NCBI RefSeq assembly: GCF_964204645.1
Contig: NC_134030.1
Location: 5,250,778 to 5,314,777, forward strand
Source: Tubulanus polymorphus
Taxonomy: Eukaryota; Animalia; Nemertea
DNA: 64,000 nt
Direction: 5' to 3'
A program made the translations under genes and the position numbers. The notes under the pieces are model-generated. The model was not told where the DNA came from. It was given only the letters and a program-made list of their open reading frames with translations, and ran no database searches. The stretch's first letter is position 1. The number at the start of each line of letters is the position of its first letter. Positions 10,892 through 53,516 of this stretch are shown here, one piece after another.

Positions 10892-13458
10892 ATGGGTAAT
10901 GTAATGGCAGCTGGAGTACCTGGTGCAGCGGTACCGCCACCACCTCCCGGAATGGCACCACCGCCGCCGTCAACCGGTGCACCGCCGCCGGCCCCTGCAG
11001 CTACTAGTGTCGAAGAAACGCTAGATACTAACCCGAAATCTTTTGAAGAATTACATCGAAAATGTAAAGGTTTGTATGCAACCGATGACAAATAAAATGC
11101 ATGGGTCTAACTGCAGTTTGGGTCATCTATCCACTGGGTGGCGCTAGTGTTATTAAAGAATAGTGTTATGCCGGTAAGGTTAGGTATATACCCATTAGGG
11201 ACACCTAAACTGCAGTCATACCCTTAATTTAAATAATAAGACTAAGAGTAATACAATCCGCTCTCTATTTATCTACATAGCAAATTTATTTGTGACCCAC
11301 ACTTTAAAATCATGAAAGTCATGACGAATGAATGTGTTTTTTCAGAGGTATTCCCGACTCCGTTCGAGGGAGCGAAACTATTGATCAATAAAGGCCTGAG
11401 TAACCATTTCCAGATCAGTCACACGTTGACGATGAGTTCACTGCAGCCGTCTGGTTATAGGTTCGGTTGTACGTACGTAGGAACTAAATCTTACGGTCCT
11501 GCTGAGGTACGTATATTATTATTAAATCACTTATCATGATAATTTGATCGCGATTAGTAATTTAATCATGATTAATGAGCAGAGGGCATAGACCGCCCAA
11601 TAATGCATCCTAGGAGCGCCAAAATTTGGTCAATTTTTAATAAAAATTCTGATTTCCCGACATATTTTCCCTACGAGAACTGCCATCAATATTAATTTTT
11701 ATCAAATGGAAGGTCTTATGAAATTTATTTCAAAGGTCTAGAGGAACTTGTGCTATTTGTTAACTGTTTTATTCATCTGTATTTGCCTCAGGTATTTCCA
11801 GTGCTGATAGGCGATATTGATCCCAGTGGTAATCTCAATGCAAATATAATCCATCAGTTCAGTGAAAATATACGGTGCAAATTCATGTCACAGGTGAGAG
11901 ATAGAGCGGATTTGAAATTCAGGATTACGCATTTTTTTTTGAACAGCTGTGCAGCCCAAAAGTGACATTATACTTGCTAAGGCTAAAGAGATGATGGCTT
12001 GTTTCTCTTGATCGGCGGATCATCGGGTAAACCGCACTAAAATTTGTGATCCGTGCATTCCTATAGCTGCCGGGTCTACTAATGTTTTTAAAAAAAATGT
12101 ATGTAAGGGGTAGATTGGCGGCTGGTCGGGTCAACTTTTAAGCTCGGCAGAAACAAGAAATTAGGTATCAATTTTATTAAGCCTTAATAAATCATAAGAT
12201 GGGCCATCGACAAAAACTGCTGTTTTGATGTGAGCTTATTTGTCTTTGCATCATGTATTCCAGATTCAGGGCGGTAAAATGGTGACCAGTCAGTTAAGCA
12301 CCGATTACCGAGGGAAAGATTTTACTGCTTCGGTCACTTTAGGAAATATAGATATTGTTAATGAATCCGGTAAGCGTTTGACTAAATCATCAGTTTCTGT
12401 GCCATTCATAAAGTACTGCACGGAAAATCAGAAAATAATCTGAGTGTTGAAAATGGACCTAGCCAACCCGTAAGATCCCCTATATAACTTGAAATTGAAA
12501 AACTGTTAAATTTTGCATAAGCTCGTGCACTTTGTGAATAGGCATTTTCTTTATAACAAGTAGTTAATCACTGTAGTGAAATTTACGAGCTAAATGATGT
12601 AATTGTCATTTCTCAATTGGCAGGTATTGTTGTGAGTCAGTATCTACAAAACGTTACGTCTAAGTTAGCTTTAGGCGCCGAATTACTTTATCAATACGGG
12701 CCTCAGGTGCCTGGCTCGGAAATAACAGTTTTAACCCTCGCTGGTCGATATTTAGGTAAATTGTGCTCCATTCAACTCCGCAATAATCTATCGGTGCTTG
12801 ATAATTAATTGAACTTCATTTACGATGCAGGTAAAAACTGGCAATTAAGTAGCAATATATGTCCAGCTGCTGGTGGCGCGCACGCCTGTTACTACCATAA
12901 GATCAATGACAACTTACACGTCGGCCTCGAACTTGAAGGCAGCCTTCGAATGCAGGAATGCACCGCTACTGCTGGATACCAATACGAAATACCTAAAGCT
13001 AATTTAACATTCAGGGGTAAGTGAATAAAATCGACAAAGTTGATATCATTCTCGGGCACGGCCGGGTGCGCCGTCTCGACTTGTGTAAAAAATCACCTGA
13101 AATCTTGATTGATAATATCAGCCTGTTGCAGAGTCAAAATTGGCTCAAACTGCTTGTTATACCTATGTTTATTCAGTTTAACAGGGCCCTAATTCAATAG
13201 AACTCTGGTGATTATATTTTATTCTCGGATGTAGCTCGATACCCGAATAATTTGTAGCAAAAACTTTTACACGCGAGTTTAATGTTTACTGAAATATTTT
13301 CCTTTGATATCATTGCAGGCCAGCTAGATACTAATTGGTGTATAGGAGCAGTATTAGAAAAACAACTACAGCCATTGCCTTTCACGTTAGCAATCAGCGC
13401 ATATGCAAATCAAGTCAAAGCCATGTACAAGTTCGGTATAGGACTGATCGTAGGATAG
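10892..13458 (+). CDS. TOMM40: Mitochondrial import receptor subunit TOM40 (334 aa)
   Basis: Exons 10892-11069, 11346-11506, 11792-11893, 12264-12369, 12624-12755, 12831-13016 and 13319-13458. Motifs MGNVMAA, NPKSFEELHRKCKEVFP, NKGLSNHFQISH, GDIDPSGNLNA and KFGIGLIVG*. Confidence 0.98.
11103..11223. mobile_element. Short TIR element with GGTAAGGTTAGG core and CTCF-like motif in TOMM40 intron 1
   Basis: TIRs gggtctaactgcagtttggg / cctaaactgcagtcataccc. Motif ccactgggtggcgctag at 11131-11147. No clear TSD. Confidence 0.6.
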
Positions 13459-13895
13459 TAGATTTACCCAGATCTCCCGCTATGTCTGAACCTGAAAACC
13501 TGTTTTTAAGGACAGTTTCATTGAATAAGGACAGTAGTATGCTTCTGAATGCTAGGTGTAATTAATATTCAAGTGAACAGTGATATGCAGTGATATTTTT
13601 GCAGAGAAGTTGGATGAGCTGTAGATTATTTGTATAATTATATTATATTATCAGAATTTTCACTGAAATCTTGTGGTTTTGGATTTAGAATCAGTTTCTA
13701 CCTATTGCTTAGTTAGCTCCGACAAAATCTGATGATTCTTAGCCTTAGAGCGTATTGTAGTTTAATTTTCATTTTGATGGAATGATTTGACACGATTTTG
13801 TCCGTGCAACGTTATGAAAGCTGGGCGTAGAATCTGAGACTAATCTGTATTACTAGCTCACTAGCCTCGGCTGAAGCAATTACTGGTAAGTCGAA

Positions 13896-14313
13896 CAGGG
13901 TCCCTACGACTCCTTGATTCTTTAAAAACTCCTAAACAGAAAATGCTTTTAAAGGTTCTTGAAACTCCTTTGATTTGAGCAAAATGCTAGAAACTCCTTC
14001 AATTCTGAGAAATATGCAATTAGAAATGTTTGTACATACATGTAGTTGTACGGTGAACTATGCCTAAATTGGTGCAGTTGGGACCAGGATTTTCTCTTTA
14101 CCCTATTAGGCAGTTATGGAATTAGAAACCGACTTAAGTAAGTGTCAAGGATAAATATTTGCTAACAAAACCACTGAATTACTGGTTTACTGAGAAATAC
14201 ACAATACCAATTAATGATGCGGACACTTCCTCGAAATTTGAAATTTTTTCCATTAAAACGCCATGAAGACTCCTTATATCCAGCAATGTAATAACCAATC
14301 AGTAGGGACCCTG
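13896..14313. mobile_element. hAT-like MITE downstream of the TOMM40 stop (probably 3'UTR)
   Basis: TIRs cagggtccctac / gtagggaccctg. A related fragment starts near 31229. Confidence 0.65.
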
Positions 14314-14843
14314 TTGAAAATTTGCGCCGTAATTGTTAATGACCTGGCATATGAAGATGAGTGAAGACGAACAAAATCCAAAAATGCTCCGGTTTGTATT
14401 CCTGAAAAAGGCAACGATTTCGTCCTATTGTTGTTATCACTTTCAGTTTATTCATTGTGCTGAACATCTACTGTATATAACAATGAGGTCTTGTTCAATA
14501 GAGTTTGTGATTTTTTCAATTACCAGAAAAATGAGATCACAGGATTACAGAACAGAGGCAGGATAAAGTGTAAATTAAAGTATAATAATGTATGTAAAAA
14601 TGCATTGGTTTTTATTAAAAACTACCAATATAATCAAATGAATGTTGTCGCTTTGATTGAATTTAGGATCCCGAGATGTTGTAATCATGGACTACCGTAT
14701 AAACTAATTATTAGAATTTTAGAGCTCTGGTGTTTTGCGTCTTTATGTATAAGATCTGGGGTCGGGGATGAGGATTAGATTTCTTTATAAGAAAAATCTG
14801 CAAGTGGTAGCCTCTACTTTGTTATCCCAAAATACGTATACTC

Positions 14844-14968
14844 CTGCGCCCAGTTTCACGAAAAAGTTTTAAGCCTAACACGGCTAAGTTTGAATTGTCC
14901 TCATTGAAAACATGAAGTACGAGATTGGCAATTTCACCGTCAACAATTTGAGTGAAACCTGGTCCCTG
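14844..14968. mobile_element. Harbinger-like MITE (second copy at 49669-49837)
   Basis: TIRs gcccagtttcac / gtgaaacctggtc, CTG flanks, and shared internal ttgtcctcattgaaaacatgaag. Confidence 0.7.
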
Positions 14969-16607
14969 AGTCCCCGGGTTCACGCACAGCTAAATTTTCT
15001 AACTTTTACAATTCGGAAAGTCATTTGATTTAGGACGGTTGTCCCAACGACTCGAAAGTCCTATCGGCCAGGGCCACCCAGCCCATAATGTAATTGATCA
15101 TCGGTTTCTTGCTGTAAATAACAGACTGGATCACATTGCCCTATAGATGGCGACACTTTCTCATCGTGTAATGGCGTCTAAATAAAGTTCACGCCAAGTT
15201 GATAAGTTCATCGCGGGAATACTGGTTATTTTCGTCGTCGGATCTTACAAAACATAAGTGTTCAGGAGCGGATAGAATCGTTAGGTCAGGGTAAGTACAA
15301 TGATGTTGTTGTGCTTCGATGTCGTGCTTTAAATGAAGCGTCAATTCGATTGAAGTGATGTACAAACATTCCAATTTTACACCAGGGCAGGCTATACGTC
15401 GGTTTGTAGGAATAATATCGTAGATAGATAGTTAAGACTTTTGCTTATCTCTCAGTTCTCAATCTATCCTTTTTAATGTTCCGGTATAGTTCTGTTCGAT
15501 ACGGATCAATACATTTTGGCGTGGTAGCTGGTAGATTCTGTTCTGAAAAAAACAGTTCGTAAGTACTTTTTTGTTAAGGAAGGCAGTGGATGGTAGGGTA
15601 GTAGCTAGGATTCTAAACAGGATATTACACTTTTTTAAGCAGGAGCAGTAGAGGTCAGCTTGTTAGGGTAGAATGCGAGTAGAGTTAGTCACTGTCAGCA
15701 GCCAGGCTGTTCAGTTGGTTTTGATGATGTAATATTTCAGATCCTGCAGATTGTCAAGTTGATGCTACTCTCACTACCTACAGTAAACCTTATCATGTTT
15801 GAATGTTATTTAGTTTATGTGAGCAGTATCTTTAGAGGGTTGTATCCACATTGTGTATTTAACAAGATTGTCTGTTATCAAAGGGTGAAGTCCCTGGCAG
15901 CATCGGGGTGAATGGCCCCCAAGTAAATGTTGTAATCGAGTAAACCTTAGAAAGTAGTGACATTCTTCAGGCTTTTGAGAATAGTCAATTTTGCAGTCTA
16001 ATTAATAATCAGGCATTTCAGGCTGACGTTTTGAAGAAAGTGTTTGGCGAGAGTGTCCAGACCCCTAGATTAATTCCTGGTCTGGTTAGATTTATACTTT
16101 GCGGAAAAGTAAGGCCCAAAGGGTTTTAATGTGCTACTGAACTGTTCATAAATCTCAATATTCCTATGGGGAAATTGAAATGAATAAGCTTTGAAAAAAA
16201 TTAATGTTTTGGAAGGCAGACATGAATACAAGAGCACAGACAAATTTATGTTATTATTTTGTCATCTATCTCACTAGAAGGTTATAATGGCCCATATTTT
16301 AATCATCTTTGAATTGGAGGTTTAACCCAGTTCGTTCGGCAAAAAAAAACAACAACATTAATTTGTATGGGAAAACCTTGTCAAACAATGCGTAGGCTGA
16401 ATAGGAAACGGGTTGGCCTAGTTTTCAAACAAGGATGAAAGACTTCATGCTGGTTTGATGACCGTGACACTCAGATAGAAAAAAAAAGACTTGTCATTTG
16501 ATACAAGCTCTAAAGTGGCTGCTCGGGCGGTTTGGTAGTAAATTGAGAAGGATATGCGTTGTTAGATTGTTTCATCTCGGGTTTCTGTTAAAATGTTTTT
16601 GCAGAAA

Positions 16608-45813
<29,206 letters not shown>

Positions 45814-48800
45814 GCTAGATCGCCGTAGAAACATCGTCGCCCGAGCCCGGGACGTGCCCAGAATGCCAGAGCTACTACGACCTTCGGAATGAAATTCAAC
45901 AAAAAAAGACGGCAACGCGTCCCCGGCCTAGCTCATCGAAACAGTTTTAAAACAGTCTCAGTTTCTAGCGGGGGATTTTCTGATCTCTCGTCGTATTCGA
46001 TGAGGTTTATCTGCATCACGAAAACTGTTTGGTCGTATTTGTACTGAATATTTACTACGGTATAATATAGTACTATTATAATGTAGAACGCTTAGATTCT
46101 CGTAGCTTTTTTGAAACACAACTATTCTACTGTTATCCCCCGACGAGAGAGGAACTATCCTCCGTCTCGCGGGCAAGCGATAGGTATTGATCGTAGTGCA
46201 TGTAAACATGTAGTATGTAGTGAATATTTTTTAGAAAAATTGAAATATTGTAATCAGCGAGGAAGTGAGCTTTGGTTTTTAGTAAGTAAACTTATGGTTC
46301 ACCGAGAAGAAATCCTGCTTAGCGAGGTGATTCACGTCGATTCAATATTCTACGATTCTCCTCTCACTCGGTGTTTTTGTATATAAATATACATAGTATA
46401 ATTCGACGTATAATCATTTCATCCCCCGGGGAAAAAATATCGGGGACGTTCTTCGAACGAAAGAAAAAGCGCACAAAATTTACGAAGTAAATTATTATGC
46501 CACCTAATCGCGAGCACGCTTTTATATAAACGCTCGTCGTATCGATACGTAAAAAACTCTGTGTAGCGCTTTGGGGCCAAGCTCCGCGACGTCATCGTCG
46601 AGTTTTTAATATCGATGCTTTTCTGAAAGGTTCGGGCTCGTTATCAATCGATCTGTGAATTTTCAGCTGTGGTAAGAGTTCAACGACTGACTTCAATGTT
46701 TTATTAATGATAATGGAATTCATCGAGTGTCAAATGTCAAAATGTGATACATTCGAATGTAGTGTACAAGAAGCCACAGGTGCTCGATCCCATTATGTTG
46801 TTTTAATGTAATGTTTTAATTAGCTCATAATGTAACGAATTTCGACGTTTTATGGCGGCAAATTACATGCGTCATGTTGAAAACTATATAACTGAATAAA
46901 TATCACATTTTTACGGGCAGCAAACAAATGATGTCAGTCAAACGATGGCGCCTGGCACTATAGAAAAAAATATCAGTTTCGCATAAATTTTGAAAAATGA
47001 ACTCGACTGTTTCATAATGAATGTATCGGCGCAATAACTCGGTGTAAGAGAGGAATCGTAAAACTTCTTTATCTTGTAAAGTGATGTTCATATTTGGATA
47101 TATTAAGTGTTTATGGTATAATGATATATCTTGTGATCATTGAATGCTTTTACCGGTATCTTCAGCGTTGTACATAGAAAACACGTGTAATTCTGTTGTA
47201 TTCAAGTGAAAAAGTTTTCGAATGTCTGCTTTCTTAAAGCTGATACGCTACCTGGTGTCGAGTCCCCTACTTAGAAAGCCAAGGGTGGATTTTGGGGTTT
47301 GTCTCGGCCCAGCCTTCCCATTGAGGTGGCCTTTTTCGTCTAGACAACTGTTGCTAAAACCTTCAAATTTGAGGCTCATCCCCTCCGAATCTTTTTTGAT
47401 GTATTTCCTAAAAAATATCTTAACACTGAAGGTGGGACCCCGCTAGTGGCCTTTGAGATAGCTGCTTTATCTGAGAAATTTCTTCTCTTCTACACCTCGG
47501 CCTTTAAATTGTCCTAGATCTGCCCCTGTAAGCGAACTCGCCACCTAGTGGGCTTCAGTATAACCAATGTTTCCTCCTCCTAATCGACGGTTTTAAGTTA
47601 TGTTCTAATGAGTGATTCGGGATAATGAATGAAAGTTAGCGTGAAGATCTTCAGATTCAAACATCATCTGTCTGAGCTTTCAAGAGAGTTTATGTCTAGT
47701 TGAATTTTTGTTAATAAAACTTTTAGTCTGTCCTTGAAGTGAAATCACATTTATTTTTGTACCTATAAAGACAGCCGGTTCAGTTGTTGAGAGTTTATTT
47801 GTGTTGCGCACATATCATCTTTTATACTATTGTAATGTTATGATATTCTGTTGATTGTTTGATTGATATTAGATCGGTTTCGGAATGCAAGAAAATGATG
47901 TCATTTCGATCGCTTTCCGGTATAGTTTTAAATATGAAATAGTGATTTAGATTTGAAATATGTGATGAAACATGATTATGATCATAGACTGTGCTATTCT
48001 AACTATGATTCATAGAATGGTTGGATCCAGGAATTAGGGAGGAGGGGTAGTGGGTAAAAGAGCTGCTTATGATAGGGAACAGTATTTGGCGGCCCCCAGA
48101 AATTTTTCGAAAAGTGCCCTTTTTGCGAATATTGTTTTACAACTGCCCCTTTTCGGGTATCTCTGCCCCCTACCCCAAATTCAAATGCAAGTTACATCAC
48201 TGGGGAATGCTAGAAACAACTTTTCCCAGAATAATTTGAAATTCCTGACTCTTAAGACTTGATGATAATCCACATGCATTTTCTATGAGACCTGCGAAAT
48301 GTTTCCGGGTTTAAACGCACCTCTCTGGATCCACTACTCGATGAGTTAGATTTCTTTTTAAACCTGCGTAGTTTGTTAAGAGTGCGTGAGAAATTTTACC
48401 CGAAAGATATATATATATATATATATATGTGAAATAATCGTTTTAGTTTCTCATCGGCGAAGCATTCGTCGTCGATTAACATTCTAGAGATGTTTTGGCG
48501 AATTTCCATCAAATTTTATCAATGGTGTTAGTGTTTATTGAAAGAGTTTATAAAAATGAACATATTTTGAACTGTTGCCCTGTCAGTCAGTCAGTGAGTG
48601 TATATATCGGCGTTTATGTCTTAGCTTTCCTTATTTCGTAGATACGTCTAACGCGTTAATGTTTTGTATTCTGATGACCGCTGGCAGCTTATTACGCAGG
48701 GAAGTTTTGCTGTGAATTAATTCATTATGCTCTCGTCACCGAGATAGAGAGCCGCCCGATAGCTTTTAAGCAATGTAAATTAGTTGATAATGTTTTCAAG

Positions 48801-48983
48801 TCATATGCATGAAATATCGTAAAATAATTAATGAGATTGTTATTGAATACACGTACCTCAAAAGCAGCCTCTTCGTTAGATAGTTTCGGATCTCAACTAT
48901 ATCATTAGCCTAGTTGACGAACAGCCTTTACGTAGAAGTGTAACATGTAGAGCTGTAGAGCTTGGGACACTCGAATAAGACCT

Positions 48984-49096
48984 CGGGATCCAGTTCCACT
49001 GTTTGGAGTTAAGATTTGACTCCCGAGTTAAAACATCGAAAATGAACTTATTTTAACTCAGTCAGCTCTCACTCACAACTGTGGAACAGGGTCCGG
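48984..49096. mobile_element. Harbinger-like MITE (same family as 53403-53516 and 56797-56898)
   Basis: ccagttcca...ctgtggaac TIRs, 3-bp flanks, and shared gagttaa internal motifs. Confidence 0.7.
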
Positions 49097-49668
49097 AAGG
49101 CTTATTGCTAGGCGAGGCTTCACTGCCGATATGTGGGGTCCGCTTGGTCACACTTATTGAAGCAGTCGTTTGATAAATCATTAGCGCTTTCTGTTTTCAA
49201 ATAAAATGTAAATATATTTAAAAGTTCTATAGGATAACGATGATGTGCCTTCTATTAATCGAGAGTTCTCTGATTGTTCATTCACTTCCGCGTATTGAAT
49301 ATATAATGATTCTATTGATACATGTATAAATATATATATATATATATATATACATTTATTTTATTCTTTAACATAAATAAGAATATATACGACTATGATT
49401 ATAATGAATGTTGTAAATGATGACGATGATGAATTATATCGCGATATATAATTGAATAAATCTATATATGACAGTATAGTAATCGATGTTCTTCGTTTTC
49501 TGTGTGGTGTGGTTTTACTCCAAACCCGGGCTGCAATTGCCATTTACGACTGAGACGTACTGGGTGTCAACAGCGACGCCGAAAACCTCCAGCGATCGCA
49601 AGCGACACTATCGTGCATCAGTTGGTCAATTCTGAACGGGAAAAAGTAGTAAATAACCCGAGATGCCC

Positions 49669-49837
49669 CTGGGCCTGGTTCACGAAAAAGTTTAAGCTTA
49701 AAACGGTTTAGTTTGAATTGTTGTCCTCATTGAAAACATGAAGCAGGGAAGTGTGATGACATCACACTTCCCTGCATGAAGGAACCAATGGCAATTACAC
49801 CAAAAATTTGAGTTTAACTTCATGAAACTGGGCCCTG
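49669..49837. mobile_element. Harbinger-like MITE containing a 31-bp secondary insertion
   Basis: Homologous to 14844-14968, with CTG flanks. Confidence 0.75.
49744..49774. mobile_element. 31-bp perfect palindromic insertion with 7-bp TSD
   Basis: catgaag-[cagggaagtgtgatg a catcacacttccctg]-catgaag. The empty site is present in the paralogous MITE near 14911. Confidence 0.85.
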
Positions 49838-52800
49838 GTAGCTGGCAGTTTCCATAGTCGTGACATGTCTAAAGGTGGTCTTACATCTTGTAATATCAAG
49901 ACTAGTTTTATGTTCCAGGATTGGCTGTCGAACCAAGGTGGTTTTAGACTGTTCTCGAGTCACGATTGCAGGCACTCGGGTGCGCTTAGGTGATGACACC
50001 AGTCGGCAGAAATTCGCATCATAGTTGCGCTCCTAGTCTTTCTTATAGCACCTCACAAAGGTGACCTCTATTATTCTCCTTGTGAAAAGTAACTATGAGG
50101 CGCATACGTAGTTGGCAACTTTGCGGGATTCGAACCTCGCGGGTTATACATCATATGGTTATGAATAGTTGAGGCTCCGCAAAAATTGAATTTTTACCCG
50201 TGATTTACGGCGAATAAAAACGCAATTGATACAATTCGCACCCGTGTAAAAGTGTTGTTTATCATTTCTAATACATACTCGTTACTTTTATTCTGTACAA
50301 ATGTTCTCTTCGCGTGTTTCAAAAAGAAAGGACGCCCTACTGCCCGTCTTCTAAATCTGTCGCACAGACACAAAACGATGTTTATTACGCAAGTGAAGCG
50401 ATTCCCAATCGATACTTATCACTCGATTTCTAGGAAATCCGTTCTTTTACAATCGCGTAATTACCGACAGATAAAATGCGTTTTTGTAAACAGACGTGGA
50501 TTTGTGCGGATTTAAAAACGGTTTTAATGCCAATAAATTTGTGAAAACGGCGCGTCGTCAGCTGGGACAGTCGTACTGTACAATGATCGGTGACATCGGG
50601 CGTCGTGCGTCGCTCCGAATAATTACGAGAGTTGAATGTTATACAATTTTGTACAACAATGAGTACCGAGGTTATCATCGAAAAATGTAATATATAATTA
50701 TATAAAGTTTCGCACAGAAATGTCCAGATCAACCGATGTGCACAACTGTATATACACCCACGTTGTAGGCCCGGGTATAACATGGCTCCATGAGGTAGAT
50801 ACTATAGGTACCGCGGTATTCTTCTTTCCTTTTCCATAAATTTATTGTAATTATCAGTCACTTGCAATTCCGATTCAAGAAATTTATGGCGGGCTTTTTC
50901 GAAACTCGGTGTGTCGCTTGTTGAACAATTTTACGACTTATTTATGTTTCTGAGAACCCGCCCCGTAAGTCCGCGCGCGTGCGCACAAAATTACTGCGAT
51001 GGTTCGTTCTGAGATTGTTTTGCACCACCGCAAGAGTAGCCCTCGAGCAACGCGCAGTTTGGTCAATATTTTACCGCCGTATTACTGCTACTCCTTCACA
51101 AACCTTCCGAGTAACCATCATATAGAAGAAGGAAGAAGAAAATCCAAGAAAATCTAGGGGAGAAGAACGAAGAGAGTCTCAAGGTTTGACACGTAATCCA
51201 GTGTGCGCCGTCGTCGTCTGGAAAATACAACCGTAAGTTTTAACCAACTTAATCCATATCGTATTAGGTCGATCCTAATTAGGAGGTTTTTGCCACAAGT
51301 TCCTCCGCCTCTCTCCACGAACCATTTTACAATTTCTAACTGAACCCCTTGTTGTCGCTGTGCGGCTTTTTATATATACATCGTTCATAACATTTTATGA
51401 GGGTTATAATAACGCCATGATTCGGCAATTTCTTCGGTCATTTTCCGCGGAAATAAAACTCAAAACAGAAGGTGATAAAGGAATTTTATCTATACACTAA
51501 AAGACAGGTTCGAAATAGTTTGTTTACCCTCTGTGGTTTTGTTATGAGAATTTGAATTTCGACCAGTAAAAATGTTTCAGTTTTGATATAGGCCTATAGG
51601 ATGAACGTACATGTGTATAGTTTCATACCTCTGTCACAGGCGTTGTTGGAAGAATATGTATATACATATATATCTAATGAATAGTCTCGACTTCGTAGTC
51701 TCTATGGAGCAAAGCATATTCACCAGTTTACAAATATGATTTCATAAATATATCACATCAAAGGCATTGCGGAGATCAATAATACGTTTAAAATGGGAAC
51801 ATTCTGTTCATCGTTTTCTCATGACAAATATCGCGGTCCCCTTGCGTATAGATGATAAACCAAGCCGCTATCTATTTCAACTTTGCTGTAAAAAGATGAA
51901 TATCAAATGGCCGCTTTTTCCCGTGACATGAAAGCTGCCGCGCGCGCCAGTTGCCGAGGACCCGGAATCATTGAATCCTCTGAAGTTTGAAATCTGATTT
52001 ACGCGGTCTCCGGAGTTTGTGTCGTTTTTCACGAAGTTCCTTTCATCATTCACCAAAACGTTTTAGTGAAAGATTTATTTCAACAGCTGCGCGCCGCCTC
52101 CTTCTTCAGAGCAAGCCCTTGGTCATGTTACTTTTCGTTCACTGGTCTATCAAATCGATCTAGTTCAAATCGATCCTGAGGCTGAAATTTTTTTTTGTAT
52201 CAATATTTCTCCGTGTATATCCGAGGGCAAAGCTTTATTTCGTTATTTGACCCTGTTGCACCACCGCATCTGCCCAACAGGAAACTGCAGGGGTCGACCC
52301 AGGGGGGAGTGCAGGGGGAAGTTGCGCCCCCCTGAATCAGACCACAGATCCACCCCGGGACTGATTTTCAATTTAAAAAAGGGCGGTAGTTGAAGTGATG
52401 TTCGTTCTCTCAATTTGCAGGTGGACAAATGCAACAATCAGTAACGGGTTTTTGGCCCTTCCGAGCGAAGATAACCGATCATCAATCAATTCTTATCAAC
52501 TTTATGTTTTTGCAATAAAGCAAATTAAATTATTTCTGCGATGATAAAAGCTCAGATATGTTGACTAGATTTTTGTCGCTGATTAAACAACGCGGACAAA
52601 ATAACACGCAGAAACAACAGGACGTCGTTATCGGTTCAATAAGGGATGTGTTTTTATTAAATTTTGGCTGTGACTGTCGCGCTGAATACTCGTCTCATAA
52701 GTCGAAGATACGATCGCTAGTATTTACTTAGCATTAGAAATTGCGTACGAGATTAATGATAATGACAACAGTAATAATAGTTCAGGTGTTTGAGTGGGTC

Positions 52801-53323
52801 CGGGAGGGTCCACTTGAGGTAACATCGTCAAACTCGAAATACACGTCCGTCAAGGGCCCGCTGCATTGCCAATGCTTATATTTCAAGCCAGTCTAAGTGC
52901 CGTTTGGTTCCTGCCAGTCGAACGAATTAAGTGATTAGTACATTTTGAATCTACTACTCGCTTCGAGCTGAAAGCTAAAAATCATTAAGCTGTAAGGGCA
53001 GTTTCTTATTCTGAAGACTAGCAAATACTTGCCCACTGCAGCATGCGGGTATAGAAATCACTGAAATGCAATAATGTATACAAAATGATGTACAAAAATG
53101 CTATTTCTCCGGGTTTTTATTGACCATTGAAAAATGTTCACGCCCTTTGTAAATTCTACGCATATTTTCAATCTTATTGCCAAATTTGACCACTTTAGGC
53201 ACCGTGGCTTAAAATGAGTAACACGTGAAAAACATTTCCTCGCCACCGTCAATTATAGTAAGATGAAAAGTTTCAATGAAAAGCATATTGTGTAAAAAAC
53301 AGCTCTCACTATATCACTGAGTT

Positions 53324-53344
53324 CATAGAAGTGTAACTTCTATG
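53324..53344. mobile_element. 21-bp palindromic insertion with 7-bp TSD
   Basis: ctgagtt-[catagaagt gta acttctatg]-ctgagtt. Confidence 0.75.
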
Positions 53345-53402
53345 CTGAGTTCAACAGTAACGGTTTAGGAGTTAGTCTCGCGTTAGACCAATGGTCAGTC
53401 TG

Positions 53403-53516
53403 CAGGACCCAGTTCCAGAGTTGTGAGTTAGAGTTAACTCTGAGTTAAAATTAGTTCATTTTCAATGAGTTAACTCAGGGTCAAATCTTAACTCCGAACT
53501 GTGGAACTGGACCCAG
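53403..53516. mobile_element. Harbinger-like MITE
   Basis: CAG on both sides. TIRs gacccagttcca / tggaactggacc. Confidence 0.75.
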
